Shown here: positions 53,880-64,000 of the stretch, piece by piece
How the letters are laid out: the number at the start of each line of letters is the position of its first letter
Position numbering within the stretch: the first letter of the stretch is position 1
Assembly (NCBI RefSeq): GCF_002571385.2
Contig: NW_019217890.1
Coordinates: 327,307-391,306 of the forward strand
Source: Stylophora pistillata
Taxonomy: Eukaryota
Length of the DNA stretch: 64,000 bases
Reading direction: 5' to 3'
Notes under the pieces: model-generated
What the model was told of the DNA's origin: nothing
The model's input: the letters and a program-made list of their open reading frames with translations, nothing else
Databases searched by the model: none
Translations under genes and position numbers: made by a program

Positions 53880-54107
53880 CGGTTTTCCTTGCCTGGGCAG
53901 TTCGTGGTGACGCTTACACCCCCAACCCGTACCCAGTCTCTCAGAGAGAGTCCGACGGGATTAGAACGAAAAAATGTCGTAAGAACGTCATCTGAGCTGA
54001 GCCCAACGTCCTTAAATTACGGAATTTCGGGATCAAATTAATTTGCAAGTAGCTCATGTGAGGTGGTAGATTGTCAGACAGATGATTCAGATATTGCTTG
54101 CTCCAAA

Positions 54108-57100
54108 ATGAGCTCTTTTCTATTGAAGATGACCGATGGAAGTTCGACTAACTGCCCCAGCAACTGCAACGACCGTGGTTTGTGTGTCAGAGGGTCTTGC
54201 GTCTGTGAGGTACCCAATTTTTTTTTTCAATTGTTCAGAAAGTTAGCTTTAAACTGTATGGTCACAGCTTATTTATGAAGGTCAACTGTGGACCGCTGTT
54301 GTATGTTCAACTCTTGTTGAGGAAGGAAGCTAAGGCTTTGTTTTAATACTCGGTGTCGAAAGTTTCCATCGACCTCATTTCGTGTCGTGAACTCCCACGT
54401 TAACACTTCTGAGAAAGGAAACGGTAAAAGTGAGAGTACAATGACGTTGTTCACTCGTCATGTGGAAGTTAGCAACCTTTTTTCGTTTCGAAATCAGAGT
54501 GAACAGGCTAAAGTAATTTCCTTCTCGTTATACAAGTTGACAATGGATACTTTTTTTAATGAGGCATCGAATAACGTGTACTGGAAATAGGAAGCAGCAC
54601 TCTTCTGCGATTTCGTTTGTTTCTTGTTTCCGCTCAGATCAATTGAATTCTTTGAAAGGGCTATCTGGGTACATTTCATTTTGTTTTTACTCCAAGATAT
54701 GTAAAAAAGATCCGTATTTATCAAGCCGTTTGTCTATTTAACCAGTGGCTTTTACGCAGTGATGTAAACGAAAAATAGAACGTGATGACTTTTGAATTAA
54801 ACCTGATATTTTACTTTTAACTTCGATCAGTGACACGTACATTCTTAGAAAGAAGTGATATACACTACTGTACGAGAGTTTTAATACCACCTAGCGATGG
54901 AGATTTGTGGTAGTGAGCCATAAACTGTAGGACCATGTTTCAAACAGCTTTGACAAACAGGCTACTGACAACGTCTTTTTGCTGTCAATTAGATGTAGAT
55001 TTTGATACAGACGATGTATGAGCGAGAGACACTTCTTCAATAAATCTTTGGTCTAAGAAGTAAACTTTCCCATATTTTAAGCATAAATCGCTCCATGAGT
55101 GGTCTGTGTAGTTTTGCATGGCAAGATTGTCAGATTTATCAGTACAGTATGCTCAACAATGGTTCTGAGATGCATCTTCTGTCCCATGTTCAATGTAAAA
55201 TGTGATGCATAGTATTTCCAAACTTAGTGGCATTAGATTTCAACTGCTGACTACGTAATTACCTTTGCATTTGTGAACTACACTTGTTTTTTTAATCAAT
55301 CTCAGGTTTTAAATATATTTTAGGTACTTGTAGTGTAAGTAAAATTAGGTTATAAAAGAATACTTATTATTCTTGGATGTGCCGTAATAGTGAGCCTTTT
55401 GTACTGTGATGGGTTAAGGGGTATTAAAATATTGTTATTCAGTAAATAAAGACATTGATTAACTATGTTGGTGGAACCACCAAGTCTCAGCCAATGAGAG
55501 AAAGACTTCAGAACAAAGACCTTTTTTTTCTAAGCGTATTAAATTTAAATACACTCGGTACTCATGCATGTTCTGATCACTGATAAAACTGTTTTAAAGA
55601 ATTTGGATGTGCAGCATCCTGTTCACTTGACAACATTTCAAATTATTTTGTGAACCCATTTTAACTGAGAACCTTTTTGGTACATATATATTTTGTTATG
55701 CATTAAATATAATCTACATGCAGGTAGTTATTAAAATTTAAGAAGTACTCTGCATCAGTGTAATTAAACAGATTAAAACTTGAATTTTTCCTTAAATCCA
55801 GTTGCTTTATAGCCAAATACTTATTTATTCAATTCCCAATTAGTCCAGTCAGGGACCTTATTTTCATTGCTTTTATAGAACAATGGAATCAATGTTGAGT
55901 CAAAAGTTGCCTGTGAGGGCACTCTGAAAATGTTTGATGATAATAATAGCAATGATGTATTTGAAACATTCAAAGTGTACTGATTTGTATCAAGGGTCAT
56001 TATTAGTGGAAAAAAATAGAAATCAGTTATATTGACATTTGTTGTTCTTCAAATTGAATAATCAACATAGGTTTGAAAAAAAAATTAAGAATGGACTTTT
56101 TTTACTTTTAAACCATTTCACTCCCAACATCTCATTAGTAATATTCTTTACTGTCAGTTATACAGCTATTTTCATGATGCTACTTGTAGTTCTGAAAATT
56201 TGGTATCGGATTAACTGATAATTAGTACATGTAGTTGATATTTTCCTCTCTTCTCATTGTCTTCTTGACATTGTCTTGATATTACACCTATATAGTGAAA
56301 TTCTGTCTTGAATTCTGTTGATTTTATCTTTTTTTACCCTCAGGTCAAATATAGTGGTGGAGCATGCAGTGATACAAATATAGGATTTTTCATTGGTTTT
56401 AGTGTAGTTTTCTTCTTTGTTTCTGCAGTGTCTGCAACTCAACTGGTATGTAACGAATACTGTAAAATCATGGTATAGTAGTTGAACTGGTTATCACTTT
56501 TGCTTACAAGATGTCATTAGTAATTCACCCTGTCTGCTATTCAATTCTTATGATGTGAGTATAGAGATTTTGGTATCTGATCAACTAATGATCCCCAAGT
56601 TGATATTCTTCATTAATTAATCTCTTGTCTACTTGATATTGCATCAATGTTGTGAGGAGAAATTCTGTCCAATGGTCACTCATGGCAAAGGGTAAAATAG
56701 TGGCTAGGAATTAACTAATTTGTTTTAAACATTGAAAAATAACAGCTTTAACGAGAAAGTGTAACTGAGAATGAAAGATGTGCAGTAACAGTTGGATAAA
56801 TGCATTACTTGAGCCTTCTTTGCTAAGGGGACAAGACATTGCTCTTCCCCCTTCCCTTTCAAACTTTTGCATCAGTGGTGGTGGTTGAAGGTTCTCCTCT
56901 ACACTTTTCCTTGGGAGTCTGTTGATTGTGAAGAAGAGCTCTCAAAAAAAACCTATCGCCTGACTGTTGGTCAACTGTCGGCCGAAGGATTACCGACAGC
57001 TAACCGACAGGCTACTGACAGGCTACTGCGTGTGAAAACATGCAGTAAACATGACCCAGAAACAATAATAGTCCCGATAAACACGAGTTAAGCTTAGCCT

Positions 57101-60100
57101 ACTTATTGATCGATGGAAAAAAGATTTCTTTCCGAGATGATTAATCAGCAGGACAATCAATAGTTATAATGTTTAAAGGTGATTTAATCCAAATCTCAGA
57201 AATCCAAGGGGAAAGAAAGCTACTTTGGACCAACTGTCGGCCGAAAAACGGCCAACTGTTGACCAACAGTCAACCTACAAACAGCTGACAGTCGGCGGAC
57301 AGGTTTTTTGGGAGCTCTTTTTCACAATTACCGGGAATCTTGATATCAAACCAAGTTATTGTCAATCATATCATTGTGTTTGGAATACCGTACTCCCTGG
57401 CTGAGATAACTCAGTAAACTGATCAGAAATTTTGAATTGGAAAGGAAGAGGTGGAAAGTAAGATAAAGTGTATGTATTCAAGACACATTAGATCTATGAT
57501 CATATGACCTGTATGGCCCCACTCAATTACTCTTTTGTAAACATAATGATTGTTAAAAAAAAAAAATAACATGTTGTGGTGGTGGTGTGGAATGGCACAA
57601 ACAGGGCCAGAAAGTTTCAGATTTGAGCTAATCAAGGAAGCGTTGGTCTTCATATCATGACTCTCAAACAATATCTTGCCATTTAATCTTTTCACTGAGT
57701 CGACAAGCACATGACAAACACATGACACAAGCACATGACAAACCCAGACCCCTAATTTACAGAAGCTATCACTGATGTGTTCTCTTTTGTGAATTTTCAG
57801 TTCCTTTGTGTTCGATCAGAGTTTAAAAAGCTAAAGAGACCAAGCTTAGCCAAAGCTTGCCGGCTTACAGTGCAAAAGACATTGTATATTTGTATGATTA
57901 TAGCATGTGGATCAAGGGGAGTGTACTATTCAGCTCAGGTAAATTGAGATGTCATATTTAATTTGAAATATTTTTAAATTTTTTCTTTTGTCGACTGTTT
58001 TAAAGTGCACATGATTCAAAATTCCCCCCCCTTCTTTTTTTCTTAAATTCAAAAATATATGTTACGAGAAGTATTTCAGTGAAAAAAAGTAAGTCACAAC
58101 GTTTCAAGAACACATTTTAAAATGCGATTAAAGTTTGCATTTTTTCTGCAAAATATGGGGCAAGAGCCCGGGAATGAATAATAGAGCTGTCACGTCATCA
58201 GTTGTGTAGGAGATGTTGTTCCCAGTGATCAAGCAGTGGTTTTGAGTTATTCTACTTGTCGTTTACGAGCTAAATATGTCAGAAAGCGATCACAGTGATC
58301 AAGAGTTGTCTTGTACATCATCTGAGGATGATGTAGAATCATTCTCAAGTTCTGAAGAAGACAGTACAGGCATCATGGGCAAGATAGTCGCAAACGTTGG
58401 CAAACTCCGATGAAAGTGACAGCAACCGACAAGAAGAGGAAGAGGAGGATGAAGATGGCTTATCTTGTGCCACTTAATCGCAAAGATTTGAGAAAACAGA
58501 ACCTGCCAGTTTGGCAAACTCCGATGAAAGTGACAGCAACCTACAAGAAGAGGAAGATGAGGATGAAGATGGCTTATCTTGTGCCACTTTATCGCGAAGA
58601 TTTGAGAAAACAGAACCTGCCAGTTTGTGGTAAGTGTGTCTTACCTTGTTCTAATGTGCCCGTTTGTATACACTGAAGCTAAAACCGAACATGATGGTGA
58701 AATTACAACCAACCTTAGAGATGCTCTTGCATGCAGCCTTTCAGTTGCACTCGGAAAATTAGCTATAATTTTTTTCTACTTGAGAATGAGATAAGCTCAC
58801 CATGGTTTTATTTTTCATCAGGTGTTCCTGTACCCAGTGCAGTGATGCTATGCTGGTATCAGCCCGCAAGTTTAGGTGCTGCATGGAAGTGGACTGTGCA
58901 CGTGGAAAACTTACATTTGATGGAAGTATTGAACAGATATCGTGCATCACACAGCATGCAGATTACCTTGCGCTGATCAACAGCACAATCCTGAGACAGG
59001 TGGCACCGTTACTTCAGGACAGAAATGGGAAAATGTACTGCTGCAGAAATGGCACCTCAGAAAACAAGTGAGTACAATTTGTTTACATAACAGTAAGATT
59101 TACAATTTGTAAGTAATTTTTTGTCAGCCACTGTATTCAAGACTGTTCTGGATGTTTTTTGTCTATCTGCTAGACAAATCATGTTGATTTTCTCACAATA
59201 TGTCTTCAAACCTTTATCACAGGTTTCTTAGAGCTACAGCTTACAGGTGGCTGGTTCGATAGATCTTCAGCTACTTGGGCTGGGAGAATAGTAGGCCATT
59301 GCCAGCATATGTCTACCACAATAATTATCAGATCTAGGTGTGTCCCACAGCACAACTGGATATACATCAGCAGAAGAAAGGAATTGAGATGTAATCATTA
59401 TTGTCCTATTATTTCTAATGGAATTTTTACAAATAAATTTGAATTGACTTGCTCCACAATGATCTCCTTATTTTTGCATAACTTACTACACTCAGTAATT
59501 TAGGCTGCAATAAATCCTTGATGGGGGGGGGGGGATTTACTCTCCTACATGGGCTACATCATGATGTACCCCTGGATAGGGTGAGGTTTTTAATCCCTCC
59601 ACCCTGCACAGGGTATATAATTTCAAGCGCGGCTGTCCTGATTAGGGTCTGACAGGGTACGGCTGCAAGGCTCACTGATTATGATGTTTATCTGTATTTA
59701 TTTAGAGGGCATTAAATTATTTTTCAGAACAATAAATTATTGTTTTCAGTACCTTTAAGTTGCCCTATCAGCATTATAACACAACTGCATGTTGACAGAA
59801 TTAATTTCAGTACATCCTGATGACAGTAAGAAACAATGGATGTTTTAGGGTTTCAACTACCTAATGGCACCTTATACCTAAACATGGGTCAAGTGCCCCC
59901 TCCCCCCCCCCCAAGCCCTGGCCAAAAATGCATAGAAGACTATCAAGATTAGCAACTGCAAATTTTGGGTCCCTAACATTTAAATGTGAACTTTTCAAAA
60001 CAATTATCAAACAAGATGCCTAGTGTTCAAAAATTTGCTTTGATGACAATTATTCATGCTCTTTCCATGTTAGGCATCCATTAGTGTGGGACAGTGGTTT

Positions 60101-63100
60101 TGTTGATGTCCTGGTTTTTTGCATTTGCTGCAAGTGTAGGTCTTTTTCTTTGCTGGAGGTTCTCTTTCAGCAAGTTTATTTTGTGAAGACTGCATGGAAT
60201 CTTGTTCAGCAACTAATTAACTAAAAAGTAAAAATTAATACCAAAAAAGGTGTCTGTTTGCATTTCCATTCTCGTGATTTGCAATTTTGCAACAAATAAT
60301 ACATTATTTTTTTCGAGTTTTGCCACCAAATAATCTTGGCATTAATTAGTCAAATATAAGCTGGCAATGCAGAATGCTTTATCCCTCACATTGCAATGCC
60401 AACTGAATGTCAAGCAAATAAAATCATAGCAAATACTTCCAACAAGTAATGAACACTACACAAGTTTCACAGTCGGTGAAGGAGAACAACTGTGTTGTTT
60501 AAGACCTCTCTGATCACCTGAAAAAAATGATAAATTTGTGTACAGATTATTAAATAAGAGCGGTAATATTAAGATTGAATTTATCAAAGTAAACATGATC
60601 AATAGACGTGTCGATTGCAATTAATTATAAATTATTTGAATATAACTTACCCTCCTCCATCCTCGATCTGTCCCTTCTGGGCCATTCTCTTACCTGACTG
60701 TGACATCGATCATTGGGAATGCTCCCTTCTCAAGCCTTTGAATGCTTGACTGATCTCTAATGCTGGTCTTTCGACAAAAGCTGTCTGGCGGAAAATGCAC
60801 AGAACACAACACCGAGGTCTATGATGGCTTAAAACCTGGCCGATGTTTATGGACGAATTTCATCCATTTCCTTCTTCAAATTTCATTAGCAGGAAAAATA
60901 TGCATTGATGTGGCTGGGGTTTGACTTGAATTCATGCAGCCGACTTACCCAGGGCCACCAGCTACACAATACTTCCCGCAGACTCTTCGATTTCGCTTAT
61001 CCGCCATATTCCCCACCACAATCTACACAAGTGATGTCACAGAGGAAGTTTGGCCTCGCAGGAATTGTCGCATAAAATGCTCAACTTTGAGCCCGCGGGA
61101 AAACTACTAAAGCGCTTCCATGAAGGTTCTAATACCAGAATTCGATCAAGTAATACCTAAGTTTTAATAATAAGAAATAAAAATTGTGGGGGGGGGTGGT
61201 GAATTTCAAGTCATGTGCACTTTAAGTAATAATCTGTACAGGAAGTAGACATAAAAAAATTAATAGCTGTTAAATATGGAGGTGTCAATCCTTTAATTGA
61301 CTCAAAATCCATGAGGCTTAGTGGCTGTTTGCAGCCGAAGTGCGAAATATGAATTTTAAATGAGTGAAAAATCCTAGCAAATGCTTTTTTGACAATGTCT
61401 TCATATCTGTTGGCAATGTGAACCCTTTACACCCTACCATCAGTATGCATATTCTCCATACTGTTCTCGATTCATTTCCTAAGATGCTGACAAGGATAAT
61501 TTGTTGAACAATCAAGAGCTCCCAGTGACTGTACTATTCGACTCAAGGGTGATATTATGAGGAGGAACTAGATGCTAGTCACTGTTAGGGATTAAAGGGC
61601 TAAAACTACATGACAGTTGAAAGACATTCTTTAAAAATGGGGAAAATTATTTTTTCGCATCTCTGTTCTACAACGACAGTGTCATTAATAATTAGACCCC
61701 TGGTGAGGAGTTGGTGGCTCTCCATGTTCTTAAGTTTGTTCTTTGTTCTAAATTGAGTGCTGTTTTTTTCAGAGGTATCTTCCTGCCTGGTTAGGAATCA
61801 ATTTATTCAATGCATACTATCCACCAATTATATCTGGGTTCTCCCTCATTATTTGTTTTTGGGCAGAGGTAAGTCGCCACTTTATTTTCATAAGCATAAA
61901 TTTTGATTGACATTAGTAACCTTTCTATAGTAAACTAACTCTTGTAATTTTTGTTTTTTGTTTTTGTTTTTCTTGCAGACATTTCATGTGGTTGGTTTGC
62001 GGCTTGACAAGCCACGTTTTCTCAGCAAATCTTCGTTAGCTTTTATTACATTCAATGTATTTTTGTTCCTGGTCTTTTTGGCACAGTTTATTACAATAGA
62101 GATCACAGATGAACAACGAAAGGTCAGTTAAGTCTTTGAGTTCTGATTTCATTTGCTTCACTAGACAACTACTCTTGTTTGTTGTTTAGTCGGGTAACTG
62201 GGAAAAAGATTACACTTGAAACATGTACTGGAGCATAATGGATTGTCATAAAGATGTGTTCTATTTGTTTTTTTTCAGGTTTATTTATCCAATATTTTTA
62301 CTGGCATTTTTGTTGTCCTGATGTTCTTGATGCTTACATTATTTCTCATATATGGAGTTGAACTGTATTACAAGGTTAGTACAATGTATTTGCCTTTAAC
62401 TCTAGTGAAACCTTTTTTGCCCCTGCCTATTTAAGTTTTCCAACTCTTCTAAGTGTCTTGACACTGAGGCCCATCCATGTTCAGTGCAAAGCAATCCACC
62501 CATTCAGAAAGCTGGTTTATTGGGGCTGAAAAATTGTCTGAAAGCAGCATAGTTTCCTAAGAAGTGAAGCATACAAGTACAGAAAACATGAATTTCTTAG
62601 TGCGACCTTTTGGCTCAGGGCAAACGAGTTTAGCCATCCTAGGTCAAACAAAATTACACAACTATATCTATAAATTAAGGTGGCTTGGTATTTTTTTTTC
62701 CTGGACAATTCTGAAATTGTAATTTGATGATAAAAAAGGGGCTCACTGAACTCATTTCCGAGTCAAAGACATAACTTTTGTTCTCAGAGGATGTATTGCT
62801 GTCCTGGTGACTTACAGTTGGTTGAGAATTTGAATAAAGAATTTTTCAAGGAACTCAATGAAACAGTCATCATGCTTTGCTGCATTTATTCATACAGAAA
62901 CTAAATGTATTTTAGACATCCTCATGGACTCTAGGCCATTAACTTCTTTGTAGGTGCGGGGTGCTTTTACAACTACAGAGTCATCAAATGTTGATATCAC
63001 TCAAGCTGCTATGTCAAGATTTGGTCTATTTTCACAAGCATCCCTTCAGGTAAACTCTCAAATTCACAATTTTTTTTTTTCTTTTTTTTTTTTTTAAGTT

Positions 63101-63713
63101 CCGGAGTAAGAGGTGGGCATGCAACTCTGTCTCATGATTTGCAGTGGTCCACTGCTTTGCTGCATCCCTTTTATGTTGTGGCCAAATTGGCATCATTTAC
63201 TCACATTTCAGCATCAGATTTCCTAATTATTTGCCCCTCCCAGAGGGAAGGATTGTTTTTGATATATTTTACCAGCTGGAGATCCAGTGATCTTTCATTG
63301 GGTCTTATTCTCAAATGGTTAATGTTATACTGACAATCATGTAACTAAACAATGACAAGTGCTTAGCTCTCCTCTTTGTTTCCTTTACTGCGGCTCTTTT
63401 GTCTTGGTCTTGGGCTATAATTAATTCATACAGTCATTTACAAGGGCTAGTCTCCTTAAATTTGAAGCCTTTCGTTTGAATGTGATGCAATGCTCTCTTT
63501 TAAAGGATACTTCCCTTGTCCAGAAATAGTCCCAAGAACTGCTGCTAACAAGATGAATGCTGATTGTGCTTATTTGTGATTTAATTTAAAAGGTGATCAA
63601 AATTTTTATGTGAGTGAAGTGAGGTGAATGTTGATTTTCAAAGTCATTCCCTTTCAGCTCCTCACATCTCTTTTCCTTCTTGGTGATATTATGGGAGGAA
63701 AATGGAAACACAA
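54108..63713 (+). CDS. EGF-like + TOM1/THH1/GPR137-like (DUF1084-type) multipass membrane protein, 5' part; exons 54108-54209, 56344-56445, 57801-57938, 61773-61868, 61979-62122, 62279-62374, 62954-63049, 63658-63713; continues past the window
   Basis: GT-AG exons splice into one open frame: CPSNCNDRGLCVRGSCVCEVKYSGGAC, hydrophobic helices, SRGVYY, FSLIICFWAE (cf. TOM1-family LFWAE) and FLIYGVELYYK. Confidence 0.85.
56924..57332. mobile_element. MITE (PIF/Harbinger-like ends), intronic
   Basis: gattgtgaagaagagctctcaaaaaaacct ... aggttttttgggagctctttttcacaattacc inverted ends with subterminal ccgaca/tgtcgg repeats. Confidence 0.65.
58276..59390 (+). pseudogene. KolX / P2X7 cytoplasmic ballast-like protein, three exons (58276-58629, 58822-59067, 59223-~59390), decayed
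   Basis: Acidic N-terminus with a ~114-bp tandem duplication, then W|CSCTQC..FRCCME..CITQH and FLRATAYRWLVR*IFSYLGWENSRPLP; contains stops and a frameshift. Confidence 0.78.
60650..61007 (-). pseudogene. THAP zinc-finger exon of the transposase (decayed)
   Basis: KYCVAGGPG*VGCMNS..SMHIFP..RRKWMKFV..VLCSVHF..RLEKGAFP matches the C2CH THAP signature with an AVP-like box; in-frame stops. Confidence 0.82.
61419..61603. mobile_element. ttaaccct-type (piggyBac-like) MITE
   Basis: tgaaccctttacaccctacc ... gttagggattaaagggctaa inverted ends resembling TTAA-CCC termini. Confidence 0.6.
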
Positions 63714-64000
63714 GTAAGCATTTATTTTACAGTCTTAAGGATCAATTATGATTAATCAGTTATGTAATTAGTTTTGCATCACCTGTAAGTATCCTTGGCT
63801 GGTTTACGCTCAATTCGCCATTACGAAACTCGCCACCACACAGAATCAAATTGTCGTTGGTGGCCATTTAAGAATCAAACGTTATGTTATCCTCTCGCTA
63901 AATATCATACGAAAGGTTAGATCTTGAAGTCTATTTATCTTTTAGTCTTAATAATGCGAAATTAAAAGTGTGCGAAAGCACGGCGAAATTTGGTAGAAAG

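Larger units (their letters stand above)
58004..61221. mobile_element. Kolobok-like DNA transposon, internally deleted, in intron 3 of the membrane-protein gene
   Basis: TTAA TSD at 58000-58003 and 61222-61225; ~21-bp TIR AGTGCACATGA...AAATTC; two convergent gene remnants inside. Confidence 0.88.

Overview
Eukaryotic, AT-rich, intron-containing DNA. The repeat families, GPCR style and nuclear receptor suggest an anthozoan, most likely a stony coral (inference). Most of the supplied ORF track is spurious. Intact genes: three single-coding-exon class A GPCRs (minus strand, ~16.2, 20.8 and 32.0 kb), a nuclear receptor with five coding exons (minus, 37.9-42.4 kb), and eight 5' exons of an EGF + TOM1/THH1/GPR137-like multipass membrane gene (plus, from 54.1 kb, running off the window). 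The first ~7 kb is a mosaic copy (direct/inverted/direct) of three downstream segments and carries a pseudogenised GPCR. Next come a decayed, intron-containing prepro-cysteine protease resembling the mainly bacterial streptopain (C10) family, an orphan eIF3g exon and a truncated TMEM163-like ORF. Mobile elements include a TTAA-flanked Kolobok-like element with THAP and P2X7-ballast-like (KolX) remnants, a TIR element with a 9-bp TSD and a zinc-finger/DUF6589-type fragment, a 2.75-kb element with ~500-bp TIRs, a hAT5-like element with a 5-bp TSD, a Penelope remnant with a hammerhead ribozyme core, LINE 3' ends, SINEs and MITEs. There is one 640-N gap. No CRISPR array, rRNA or bona fide tRNA gene was seen. 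Family assignments come from motif recognition by eye, not database searches.
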